Positions 37,481-50,700 of a stretch of 64,000 nucleotides of DNA are shown here, in pieces. Position 1 is the stretch's first letter, and the number at the start of each line of letters is the position of its first letter. Below the pieces are notes generated by a model that worked only from the letters and a program-made list of their open reading frames with translations, searched no databases and was not told where the DNA came from. Both the position numbers and the translations under genes were made by a program. This DNA is from Azolla caroliniana. Taxonomy: Eukaryota > Plantae > Polypodiophyta. The stretch is from NCBI GenBank assembly GCA_043228905.1, contig JBHGNT010000017.1, positions 5,394,001 to 5,458,000 of the forward strand. Direction: 5' to 3'.

Positions 37481-40400
37481 TCTTTCCTTACTCTAATCTT
37501 GGATGATGAGGAGCAATGTATTGCATTGCATGAAATAGTGGAGATGGGATTATGTGACATTTTTATAGCTTCTATCAAATTCGAGAATGTAGAAGTCACA
37601 TAAACATGCAATATATGGGAGAGCACTTAGAGATATGTTCTCTCACGTTGAGAAAAGACACAATCATAAATTACCTAAATTATTACAGGATATAAAGGTA
37701 AACACATAAACCTTTGTACTCTTCTACAGATCTGATTGTGCTTAATGTAAAGAAATTGTAAAGGTGAAATTGTAAACCTATGATTTCCACTTCCTCATTC
37801 TATTTAAACCCATGCCTCTCATGAAATATTCTTAGTAGGAAAGATAAAAAATAGGAAAATTAGACCATTCCAATTATTAGTAATTTGTAGTAAATTATGA
37901 CATAAATTGAATCCCAAGTCCACAATCCTTACAATTTAATACATAGTGAGTAAAATATGTTTTTCATAATTAAACTCAAGTTGCAATACAAAACAAGAGA
38001 TTACACACTAAAGTATAATGTTAAAACACTGTCGATACGCATAATATGCAATTCCTAAGGCGGACCTAGCAAATTGTTGCCTTTAAACAGACATGCTCAT
38101 ACCATTAAATCTCTTAAATCAAAACTTATAAATTTTAGGTTGTGATTTCATGTCATGAGTAGTGGGTTTTATGTTATGTCCAAAGTTTGTATGTTTTGTT
38201 TGAGATCATTCACACTCATGAATTGATCCTCAAATATGGTGCGACAAATCTTTTTTTGGCATAATATGAGATGCGTACAACATTTATTCGAGAAAGTTGA
38301 AGGAACCAAGTTTGACACTCTACTTACGATTTTTTCATAGCTTTTAAGTCTTATTCATTTTGGTCAATTTGCTTCCATATAAAAAACAAGGCCAGTTTAA
38401 ATTGTGATGATCATGTGCACTTCAATGTCAAGATAATCATATCAAAGATTTAAAACACGCACATGTATGTACACAGATATATGCACCCACACACTTACAT
38501 TGGTTTTTCTCATTGAAGTTTATAGATTTGAGGATGCTTTAATGTCATATGGCAACTAAGAAGAAATTTATCATTACATCATCAGTTTTCGACATTTCAA
38601 TTTCAAAATTTCAGCATATAAAACTCATTACTTACGACTCAAAAGTATAATTTGATGATGCCAAACACAATATTCTACCATAGCACAATATCACGTTTAT
38701 TTGTGCCATAACATTAAAAATGTATATGGTATATTTAGAACAATATCTTAATGGATATAAAATCATAATGCTTTTGCATCAAGCTTTGGCACATAATGTC
38801 TTGACAATTAAATAATGGTACATCCACTTATCAACAACAGCTTGAAGCCTCGGAAAGCCCATTGCAACAAAGATGGGTGCTAGGGTCTTCACAATATGTT
38901 ACATGTCTCACGCATTTCTATGCTTGCAAGCCCATCCATGCAACATTTATCGTTATTTGGCTTCCATTCAATTTTGTTGGCTTTGGAGATATTGCAATTT
39001 TTTAAATATTTCGAATGTGTTGTAAATCATCCCTTACCAGAATGAAAGTATTAAAATTTAATTGATAAGATCTTTGTATACATTATTGGTTGTAGTAAGT
39101 ACTATTGTGCGTTAATCATGTGTCCTCTAAAAAAGATGCGATGTTGTCCAACTTGGCAACATAAAATATCAAGGGCAATAATTAAGATCATGTGGTCACA
39201 GAAAGTTATTTGTACCATTGATGAAAGGGATGGTAGCTTCCCTATTTCCAACAACAATTTGCTTTTTTTAGATAGAGACACACCTTCAAACACTGACTGC
39301 AATCAAGATTTAGGGCATCCCATGTATGTTAAGAATACCTTGCACGGCCCATATTATCATTGAACTTATTATTAAACAAGATCATGAGAGCTAGCTAGAC
39401 CATCCCATCAGCTTCAATACCTTTGAGATTCATCGACTTATGTGCAAGATTGCAATCTTGACTATTGATATCTAACTTTACCATGTACCAACTTCGAAAA
39501 AATGAAAGGTTCCTTATTGTTGTCAAAGTTGTAGCTGAGAATTTAGTGCACACATGCACATACAACGTCTCTCATCCACCTGTTGAGGGAAGAAAAAGGG
39601 TATGGATTGACCATAATTGCCGAAATAGCACATATATTTGCTCTTTCTAGGGGTTGACCAAGGACGTTTGAGGTAATATCAATAGGGGAATTGGGGAAAT
39701 AATGAAAGATTGGGATGTTTCATAGTTTCTAGCTTATATTATCTTTTAGATATGTATGTTTTAGTTATTTTTGTCTCTCTCTTTCTCTATATATCTATTA
39801 TAGTCGAGTTATTCTGTCCACCCTTATCACTTTACCATCCAGTTTTATATCATGATATTTTTATAGATAATGTTGTGAATTATGTTTTTGTAAAAAATCA
39901 AAGAATAATGCATTTGATGATTAATGTCACTGCATGTAAGCATAATAGAGTACGGGAAACACAATTATGTAATATATTTGAGCATTTGTAATCGTGTGCA
40001 TGTAGGCTAAGGGGTGAGAGTACGGGAAACACAATTATGGCACATTCACAATACTTAAATTTCGTTATCTTCTTACTTTAAACTCAATTAGCATAGTGAT
40101 TGCATGAAGCTTGGATGTATGTGGTAAATTAATCCACTTTATTTCCCATATAATCATAAAAAGTCACTCTCTACCACACTCATGACTTTAATTATATTCT
40201 AGATGAATGGAGTAAAGGTATACAAGTAAGAATAAGAATATAGAGACAGAAGGTATGAGAGAATATAAACACTCAAAAAACTATATCGATAAAATCTTCA
40301 AGTTACATTCGAATAAACTTCAAAATAGCATGATGATTTACACATATTGCCTCGAAGTTTTAACTTTGTTGTTAGAAGTTAGGAACTTGTATTGAGAAGT

Positions 40401-43350
40401 GGAGCTCACTTATTATTATCTTGGGTGGTAACCAACCTCCCAATGCTTGTATATAAGCATCGGAAGATGCAAAGATTGCACAAATGTATATCTTTAGGGT
40501 TTAGCATATCGCAATGCATAATGGCCACTAAAACAAATCAATCTGTGAACTAATATGCAACATCCAATAAAAACACAGAAAGTGCTTAATCGAAGGTAAA
40601 AAATAGAATCATTGAGCGAACATTTCAAGGTGGATTTTGTGGATTTTCAAGATTGATTTTTGAGAGGACATGAGTATCTACATACATTGCTACACAAAAA
40701 TTTGAGATCCTAATTTGGAAATAATGACCATATATATATATTAATATGGGCAATAGGATGGCTATAAGTTTGTGCATCATTACTCAAGTTTATAGCCTAT
40801 TTAATGCTATGGTAATTGCCTTAGGGTCTTGCTAGTTTATGATAATGTGTGTATGCAAAGTTAAAATCTCTAATTTTCAAGCATCAATCGAACCTTAGAT
40901 CTTGTGGGTGTGTCATACAGGATATGGTATCATTTATACAACTTTTTTTCTAAACATATATACATCAACATACATACCTCTAAAAGCATGGTTTGGATGC
41001 CCTCCTGATAACATAGTTGTTCTATCACACATGCATGCTTAGAGATAGCTCTCTCTCCCTCACACACACGTACACACTTACAATTATATCATGAGGAGGC
41101 ATCTTGTCTTTTGGTTTATATATACAATGAATGATCCAACAAATTGCCAACATGGTGTTGTTCTAAAAGCCCCTCGTTCTACGAACATCCCATGTTAATA
41201 GAAGAGCATCAACTAAAACAATATGCCTAATTGAAAATGTACATTGAATTCGATTTATGGCGATCAAATTATTATTTGTTTGCCTTCAAGACAAACTCTA
41301 GGAACATTATATAGAAAAAATACTAGTATAAACAAAGACATACCTTTCTTTTGAAGGGATAATAAAGAGGAGAGGTTTTGAATTGTTTGGTTTACAAACG
41401 GATCAAAATGTGATCAAATGTATTAGTAAGTTGTCTACCACATCCTTATAATTTTCCGATTCATTTTCACTAGTATCTCATGTATGAAAGGGAATTCAAG
41501 CTAGTAAATAGAAAAAAGCTATATACTCATAAATTGTTTGAGAATTTACCAAAACAACCCTAGGTTTTCAAATGACCAAAAATGCCCTCATGGCGTAGAT
41601 GTCATGAAAGGATTACGAGAACTTAAAATCCCCCCCAAATGCAGCTACAACTCTAGCTAGAACATGAAAATGTTTTGTCAATCATAGTTGCCATTGTTAA
41701 ACATAAAAAGCATTCCATCCTTACTAGACATGTGGCTCTTAGCTAGAGCATTAGAATTGCTTTTCGAATGCATCCACAACTTGAGAACAAAAAATGTTCC
41801 ACCCCAAATCGCACTTGTGCTTTTAATTAGAACACCCCCCACCCCACGATAACACCTTCAAGACAAGACTCAACATATAACATAATTGCGCTCCCACACC
41901 AATTGCACGTGTGAATCTATAGCCATACCTATAAAAATCCCCGTTTTTCCAGAAGAGAATGTGTCCGAGAGACTCTAGGTAGAACAATTGAATACTAAAG
42001 ACAAAACAAAATCCGAACACATATGCAAATCTAGCGAGGAGGGCGACGCAAGGATACAAATCCTCGCTTCCACATGGGAAGAGGCACTAGGGATCATGTT
42101 GGCAAGTTGAGGGGCATGGTTTTAATACCTTGGGCATAAAGAGGGGGGTATGTGTACTTTCTTGGTGGCATATGAGGATACAAAGACCAAAACATAGATG
42201 GGCATTATAATGATGAGACCTCCTCCCCCATCTCTTTCACTCTTTTTCTCTTTTTGTACATAAAAGAATTATTATATAGCTATTAGCCATGCTGCATGCA
42301 TTGGGATTCTCTTATGACTCTATATCTATATATATATATATATCTATTGTATTATATTCACATCTCCGGACAAAATATCTTTCTTTTTTTCCCCTTTTCA
42401 CTACTTATTCATGGATATCATTCCACATACACACATTATCCAATTTACTCATTATCTCTCTTCTCTATCTAGCTCTAGGTACCTTTTTTTCTGTGTGTGT
42501 GTGATCATAATATCCATCCCCCCTAGGCTTGGTTGTACCCTCCCTCCCCATAATAATACATCAAGAAACTCAACGTGCATTTTGCAACCTTCTGTGCTTG
42601 TTTTCCGGACATCGAAAAGCTTTTATGTATTTTTATTTCATTTCTATGCCGGTCGTCTCATGATCGAATCGACTTTCAGCCGTGCGAGAAATCGGTCGTT
42701 TCTTGATCCTGATACCCCACATTAATTGCATTCATAATATTGGATGCCACGGACAAAGTAATGAATTATATGAACCAAGGAAATGTTGGATCTCCTCGGA
42801 GCAATAAGTATTTTTTAAAGTACCCAAATTATAAAGATGTACCCCATGTTCCATACATCCTACCATCTAGCTTGATAGTGATTAGGCCAAACTAATATAG
42901 TGCTTAGTTTCAAGAATGTTAAATTCACAAGGTAACAAATTCTATTTGCACAAACTTTTAATTTCATAAGTTTGGAGGCCATGGGTATCAGAGCTGATCG
43001 GAAAGTGGTTAGTGCTTGCATGATTTTTCATCAAATATAACTAATGTTACCATGCATTGATGGAAGATTGGCTAGTAGTTTCACATATTCGGTAACATTA
43101 TTTACTTACAAACTTTGTAAAACTTCAGGTGAAATATCCGGCCATAACTTTGAGAATTACAAACCTACTCAAGTTCATTATATTTGGCCTTTTAAATGAG
43201 CTTGAGGCAAAGTCCCTTGGCTATGGTGTTTCGTCTAAGTTCTTTATGATATGACATGTTTATTTGGAACTACCTTTGCATGCTTGTGTCCTGTTTTAAT
43301 CCATCCCAAGAAGTTAGATCATAGTTCCATCCATGCATAAACTAGCCACG

Positions 43351-43388
<38 letters not shown>

Positions 43389-45625
43389 TATGTGCAAGTG
43401 ACAACTAGTTACATGGCCCTTCCAACCATAAATTACTTCAAGTCTTTTAAAAGAAAACATGAACACGATATAACATCGTGGGCATTAACAAGTGTGTGAT
43501 GGTTTGAAGCTAATAGTCATCATCAAAGAACTCGAAACTAGTTCCTTGTTGCATGGAGCCCAAAACTAGTCTCTTTGTTGTGTGGTTTTGCATGTACAAA
43601 CTACTTTAGATGGTGAGGATTCACAAGTGGAAGCTTTTTGCAGTAGCTTTGTAAGGTGGCACCAGGACTTTAGCTCAGAACCCTATCATAAAATGCGAGA
43701 GGGAAAATGTTGTATTGCAACCTTGCCCCATTTAAATGCCTTGGAGTTCCCCTACTAAGGGTCGTGCATGATTTTATATCAAAGGCCAAACACAACACAA
43801 CGATAAGACTATACTGGAGTTGGCATCTACCTTCACATGCTAGTAACCATCATTTTATTGGAGAAGTTAACAAACTCTTGGGGGAAGACAATAGTATACA
43901 TACATAGGTACAATGTCTATCCTTCATGAATGTAAATCGATAGATTCCATTCATGAGAATCTTATTGTATTTATAAGAGAGATTCCCTTACCAACATAAG
44001 CAATTGATGTGAATTGAGCATTCTTTTTACAATAAAACTATTCTTGTAAAAAAAATCTATGTATACACATGCACAAACATACAAAATTCAGTTTATTTTA
44101 ATGTGATTTGCAATAAGACGTACTGAGACCTCAGACCTGTAACATCATCATCATCATCAATCTACTCAAATGTTTTTATAATATTTCCACACAATGATAA
44201 AGTTACATTGTATTGACCTTTTCTGAAATGCAAAATCACGTTTCTTGTTTTTTCTAAAATGATAAGGTTGAAGGATACCATTGCATAAAACCTCTGTACA
44301 TGATGCATGCCCACATTCAAATAGCATTTTGTATGTTGTGAATGATGATATAACCAACAATGTGTGTGGATTACCCTTGGGATGTATTTTAGCACTGCGA
44401 TTTGGCAACTACTTTGACCTTAACTTGATTGCACACACGTTGAAAGGTTTGAGAAAGTTTTAGTACTGTGAAAATGATACATGGCTCGCAACCTTAAAAC
44501 AAAGAGGTCAAACCAACACAAATGTTTTTTTGTTATCTCGAAAAGTAACGGAACAAGTAGCATTACGCATGCTAATCAACCTTTTGCAGAACTTTTTATC
44601 TTCTTTTGTAGTTCATGGTAAGCAAGTAGAAAGGTCGGCATACTCACTGTACAAACTCGTACATGGCGGCACATTCGTCTCAGTTCCTCCTCACGTATAG
44701 TCCGACAAGTTACTACGAGCCTATTATTGGATGTCAAAAAAGTTTGACGCATATGTATTATCTAGCTATGTGGGGTTGCCCATCTCTCCCCTATTCGTGG
44801 TCTTCATGAGGAGATTGCTTCCTTTTTGTGTGTGGGTGTGTGTGGCGATTGCCATCATCTCCCCATATGTGGTCGCATGAGGGGATTGTTTTTTTTTTTC
44901 GCGTGTGTCCTAGGAAGAAAGGTGACTTGACTGGACCATCTACACACCCACAACCACACCCACACCCACACCCACATGTGGAACAAGGGGTACCCTTGAA
45001 GGCCTTGTGTCGTGTGTGTCTCGGACAAAGAAGACATATTGTACATATGTTTGTGTGTGTACACACAAGTCATGGCATGGCACACATCAAATGTCGCCTC
45101 TCACACACACAAACATTTAAAAGGCAGGCACGCACCCTATATATATATATATATATTTAAAAACATTAGAAAATAAAGAAAAACATAAAATCATTATCCA
45201 TGAATTGCAAGACGATTATTATTATTATTATTCAAAAAATAAATCTCAGATACTCCACGAAGTATGGCATTTAAAAAAAAATAAAAATCCCTCTAGAGAG
45301 GGGGACACGGATTCTCTCTCTTCGACTGTTCCTTTCAAAGGCTCCCCTGTGGTTTTTGTTGTGTTTTTTAAAACCCCACCTCTCCTCCTCTCCTCAGCCT
45401 TCATGCCCCAATTTTTGGCCTTAGAGAAGACGTTAAATATATCTTTCTCTCTCTCTCTCTCTCTTTCTTTGTCCTGTGAGTAGAGAGACATTGGTCTCGT
45501 CTTCTCTGCCCCATCGATTCCTCTTTACCTATTAAGCACCACCGTCCGTCAATTTCCCGTCAGTCAATCGGGTCCGTCAATCGGTGCGATCGATCGATCG
45601 AGAGTTTGATCTGGGCGGCTCGGAC

Positions 45626-47770
45626 ATGGAGCTCCTGCGGAACCATCAGCAGCATCCGTCGGAGCTAGTGAGCCAGCTGGGCTCCCTCCTGGGCCTCCTC
45701 ACCGTGGTGCACACCATGCTCTACACCCTGCTGCCCATGCCGCTGAGGGGCCTCCTAGCCGGCCTGCTCTGGAGGCTCCGCGACTGGCTGTCCGCGCGCT
45801 ACCACTACGTGGAGATCCCGGAGCTCGACGATTCCACGTGCCTGCCCAACGAGCTCTACGCCGCCATTAAGCTCCACATCAGCACCTGCATCCTCCAGCA
45901 GGGCTCTGCCCAACCCAGCTTGGCTTCCGCGGCTCACTCCAGGCGCCTGCGCCTCAGCCGCGCGCCCGCCGCCGGCTCCGGCGGCGGCTTCACGTGGAGC
46001 CCCTGCAACGGCGAGGTCATCCCCGCAGCCTTCGACGGCGCCCGCCTCTGGTGGGAGCACTACACCTGCCACGACATGGCCCCGGCATCGGCGGCGGCGC
46101 CGATGACCATGGCCATGATGATGCCCCACCACCACCAGCTGTTCGGCCGCCACATCGGCTTGTGCGGCTCCGTAGGCGGCGGTGGCGGAGGCTCTGGAGC
46201 CGCCAGATCCTCCGGCTTCGCCCCCGACCAGGAGCGCCGCACCTATGTCCTGAAGCTGCACCGCAACGACAAGGACCGGGTCCTGACGCCTTACATGGAC
46301 CACATCCTGGCCCAAGCCGCCGAGCTGAAGCAGCACACCCGGGAGCGCCTCCTCTTCACCAACAACGCACGTAGCGACTCCTACCGACACACCTGGGACT
46401 CCGTCCCTTTCAAACACCCCTCCACCTTCGACACCCTGGCCCTCGACCCCGACAAGAAGCGCCTCATCGTCGACGACCTCCTCGCCTTCTCCCGCGGCGA
46501 GGATTTCTACAAGAAGACCGGCCGTGCCTGGAAGCGCGGCTACCTCCTCTATGGCCCCCCTGGCACCGGCAAATCCAGCTTGATCGCCGCCATGGCCAAT
46601 CTGCTGAGGTATGATGTCTACGACCTTGAGCTCACTCAGGTCCGTTCCAACGGCGAGCTCCGGAAGCTTCTCCTACGTACCACCAGCAAATCCATCATTG
46701 TCATTGAAGACATCGACTGCTCGCTGGATCTCGGCAATCGGATTGCCAAGCCGCTGCCGCTGTCATCGTCGTTGTCGGGTGTGAGAGGCGGAGGAGCATC
46801 AGTAGTAGGAATGGGGAAGAAGCCGGTCACGAGGAAGGGCGGAGAAGCTGTAGGAGCATCGGAGATGGTGATGATGATGAACAGCATCAAGGAGGAGGCA
46901 TTGATGCAAATGCAGGGGATTTGTGGCTCTAATTCTGCTGTCACACTGTCGGGATTGCTGAATTTCACCGACGGATTGTGGTCTTGCTGCGGGGACGAGA
47001 GGATCTTCGTGTTTACGACCAATCACATTGAGAGCCTCGATCCTGCCCTGTTGAGGTCTGGCCGGATGGACATGCACATCTTCATGTCTTACTGCACATT
47101 CCCGGCATTCAAGATTTTGGCTTCAAACTATCTCGGCATAGAAGATCACCCCCTCTTCGCATCCGTCGAGTCGGCCATGGCCCAACATAACATGACCCCG
47201 GCCGAAGTGAGCGAGATCTTCATCCGAAACAAGGACAAGCCGGCACATGCTGCGCTACAGGAGCTCGTGTCCGAGCTTCTCTGTTCTGACTCTGTTAATT
47301 CGGGTTCTAAGGTCGATGGTAATGACGAGGATTATGATGATGATTCGATGCAAGATGTTCAGGAGTTAGTGAAGCAAGCAATCCATCCTATGTTGAGCAA
47401 TAACGATTGTAATGACAACATTGTGATGAATGGTGATGGGGAGGATGGATTAAGAATGAGCTGCACTGGTAATAAGTTGGAGGGTTCTCATGAAGCTCAC
47501 ACGACTAATGTCCTTAGGATGAGTAGTACAAAGAAGCCATCATCAAAGAATGGGGATGGGAGCTTGAATTGCCCACATTGCAAGGGAGCAAACACATTGA
47601 TTCAAGCTGAAGAAGGTTTTACTGAACTTGAATGTGATGATAAGAATAACATGGGTGGTGATGATGGTGGCTTGTATGTGGACCATAGCCATAACCATAG
47701 CCATAATGACCACCCTTGTGATGATAAGGCCATTGTTGCTCAAACCAAAGATGGTAGCTCATCATCATAA
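45626..47770 (+). CDS. Intronless plant BCS1-clade AAA-ATPase (ASD/AATP1-like, resembling the At5g57480/At4g25835 group), 714 aa
   Basis: N-terminal hydrophobic segment; AAA_assoc-type region (NELYAAI, LWW); WDSVPFKHPSTFDTLA; Walker A GPPGTGKS; Walker B IIVIEDID; TLSGLLNFTDGLWS; FTTNH; LDPALLRSGRMD; first ATG at 45626. Confidence 0.95.
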   Translation: MELLRNHQQHPSELVSQLGSLLGLLTVVHTMLYTLLPMPLRGLLAGLLWRLRDWLSARYHYVEIPELDDSTCLPNELYAAIKLHISTCILQQGSAQPSLASAAHSRRLRLSRAPAAGSGGGFTWSPCNGEVIPAAFDGARLWWEHYTCHDMAPASAAAPMTMAMMMPHHHQLFGRHIGLCGSVGGGGGGSGAARSSGFAPDQERRTYVLKLHRNDKDRVLTPYMDHILAQAAELKQHTRERLLFTNNARSDSYRHTWDSVPFKHPSTFDTLALDPDKKRLIVDDLLAFSRGEDFYKKTGRAWKRGYLLYGPPGTGKSSLIAAMANLLRYDVYDLELTQVRSNGELRKLLLRTTSKSIIVIEDIDCSLDLGNRIAKPLPLSSSLSGVRGGGASVVGMGKKPVTRKGGEAVGASEMVMMMNSIKEEALMQMQGICGSNSAVTLSGLLNFTDGLWSCCGDERIFVFTTNHIESLDPALLRSGRMDMHIFMSYCTFPAFKILASNYLGIEDHPLFASVESAMAQHNMTPAEVSEIFIRNKDKPAHAALQELVSELLCSDSVNSGSKVDGNDEDYDDDSMQDVQELVKQAIHPMLSNNDCNDNIVMNGDGEDGLRMSCTGNKLEGSHEAHTTNVLRMSSTKKPSSKNGDGSLNCPHCKGANTLIQAEEGFTELECDDKNNMGGDDGGLYVDHSHNHSHNDHPCDDKAIVAQTKDGSSSS

Positions 47771-50700
47771 AGAAATTGCATTTACTTCTTCTGGAATCCA
47801 ATGGGGGACAATACCAAAAATAGAAATTTAGTTGACCTTTCCTGTTTTGTATCATGCTTTTCTTTTCATTTACACATGTCCAAGTTTTGTCTTTGCTAAA
47901 GCCCCCACCCCCTTCTCTAAAAAAAACAACAAGATGCAAAAGCTTCGAAAAGGATGGATGTATTATTCCCCTCCCTCTGTCATGTTGTAACAAAACTACT
48001 GGTTTTCTTTCTCCCTTTTCCCTTCCGAGTTTTGCTTCATCATTTTATTATTGTTTGTATCTTAGCTTAGCTTTGAAAAGGGAGGAATGTTTTGGAAATA
48101 TAATGATTCATTTCTTTACTTTTGTGTGATCTCCATGGAATGTGTCTAATAAAACACATGTCATTTCTAGCTATAAGATATAATGCGAAAATAGACTGAT
48201 GATAAATGGAATTTTGATGCACAACACATTCATGAAGTTCAGCCAACATTGTGGGTATGTGATGTTGTTTGTGGCCGGTGGTTAAATAGTAGCATTTAGT
48301 GTATAAGAAACATGTGTGAAAGCAAGAATTTTAACACATGACCTTTATGTTCATAGAATTTTCTAAGGCCGTTGTGCCTTATCTTGACTAGTTTTATTTT
48401 TTTGAGTTTTTCACATCTCTTGGATTAATTGAATCTTAATCCATTGAGATTTTGGAGTAGTCATCTTAGAATTCACATCAAAACAATGGATGGATGCCGG
48501 TATCTACCAGTATGTCAATTACTCTTAGAATTCACATAGAAACACTAGTGACTACCACAATATTAGTGTCTCCCTTGTCGTTAGTGCATGAGTCTTATCT
48601 GTGTGTCTCCCTTGTTGTTAATGCATGAGTCAATTCTATTTTGGTTAAGTCCTATTGGGATCTTCCAAGGATCTAGCAATATATGATGATTGAATTCTCT
48701 CAATCTCGTCTCTGGGTATATCTTTGCATCTGAGCTATCGACATTGGGCATGGCTAGCTTTCATAGTGTTGTAAGAATCATACTATCTATTTGTCTGTAT
48801 CGTGTTGTCTCCAATGACATTGATATACCAAGTCGATGTAGTTACATTATCTCATGAAAGAAGTAGAATGTATATATAAATGGGACATTCTCTTATGTTT
48901 ATATGATAATAAGCCTATTTCGTCTTAGCTTTTCTCAAGTAGGATATAATTCGTGCTAACACAAAATCTTTACAATATTTGGGAAAAAAGATACCCAAAC
49001 TTCTCCCATTTCAATGCCTCGAACAAGTGTGGAAGTGTGCTAGGATTTTGGAGGGAAATGCAGCACGAGGATCAAATATTGCCTAAAGTGAGGCTTTGGA
49101 ATATGGAATATTTGATTTAGTCTTCTAGTAGAATGGTCTATAATTGCAAGATGCCTACATTGGGGGATAGTAAATTTTATCTAGTTAAGATAAAAATAGT
49201 TTGATAAGTTTATGGTTGTGTTTTTTCTCCCTTCAAGGGTTTAAAATTTGTTTGCTAGATTTCATCGATTTATGAAGCTCTCATTGACATTGAGTGGTCG
49301 TACGAGGTCAAGAGTTGATTCTCGCATTCCTATGTCCCAATGATGAGATGCAAAATATTTGTCCTATGTTATAATTGGTTAGCACATGGAAGAGTCAGAA
49401 CACTCTTTAATAAGAAGATTCATTGTGAACAATCACATGGTTTTCCCTACCATATATCTTTACTCAGATCAAAATAAGAATTGTCCTTCTCTCTTGCCCA
49501 ATTCTCAGTCAATGTCACAACATGATTGTAATTTAACAAAATGTTATGGAAATGACTAGGTTATAGGAGTTACTTGGATACTTTTGTTGAAAATGAGGTG
49601 GAGACTATGTCCACTTTGGTGGGAAGGCCAGAGTGAGGGTTGATGAGAGGAATTTTTGGTGATCTATGATGTAATTTGTTTGCTAACTAATGCGAAGTAG
49701 TGTTTTTTTGGGAAAAAAAAACAAAATGTTATGGAGATGAGATATGTGTTATGGTTGTTGGTGATGATATTGTGGTTCGCACACCCATTAGCCAATATTG
49801 GTCCTTAGCAATTGCAAGATGAGGACATGCTTTCCAATTATAGAGTCATTCCAAAGATTGATTTTTTAAATAGAAAGTCTAAGTGCATTTGTTTTGTCAT
49901 ATTGAATGTGCTAATGTTTAGGTACAAGCGATCTTATTTAAAAGAGTTTAACTTGAAAACAATAAGCTCTAGCTCCTAGATTCACATGCTTTTAGAACAA
50001 AGAATTGTCAAACTATGTTATGTCAACATTGTAAAGAATAGTTAAATATTAGAAATCGAGTTTGTAGAAAATCACCTTGGAAAGCAAGAACAACTACATG
50101 TTGAGGTGGGCAAGTAATGACACTAGGAATCAAGAGGTAAATAAATCATTTTGGAAACCTATATGTATGTGTTTTAGAGTGCATAAATTGCAGGCTTCTC
50201 ATGAACTTGAATGGAAATTGGAAAGAAGGTGAAACATACTCATGATGAGAAAGACATATGTCAAAATGGGGAAGGTGGTCTAGGGCCTAGCAACATAGGA
50301 CCTCCAAAAACCTTAGGGTATAAAGAAACACAAAGGGAAAGGTAGACCACTCCTCCCATGTGTGATTTTTACGTGCACATGTGTATGTATTTGCCCAATC
50401 AAATGAGACAATAGATATGCTAAATGGTGTATCCTTGTGGTTAAGCTTAACACAATCACGATTGCCTCATTTAAAAATGTGCTTCTTGCTCACATTTGCA
50501 TAATTCAATTTACAACACTTGGGTGGGTTGATTATATGATTTGAGTCCATAGACTTGGTGAAGATTTCTTCATTTGGCACTATTTGCATGGATGAGTTGC
50601 GTAAATCTACTTTACATTGAGATTGACTCACAATGAGTTCTCAAATGATCGAGCGGTGAAGCAGTAGACAATGGTGTCAATCAAAACACATACATACATA

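Noticed and set aside
38600-39650. Possible decayed transposase on the minus strand
   Set aside because: Too degenerate to assign by eye; needs a translated profile search
42981-42996. PBS-like GGTATCAGAGC
   Set aside because: No adjacent LTR end or gag recognisable
45584-45625. GTG start for the AAA-ATPase from the ORF track
   Set aside because: Eukaryotic gene; the first in-frame ATG is at 45626
45755-46417. Antisense 220-aa ORF
   Set aside because: Shadow of the GC-rich coding strand, no recognisable motifs
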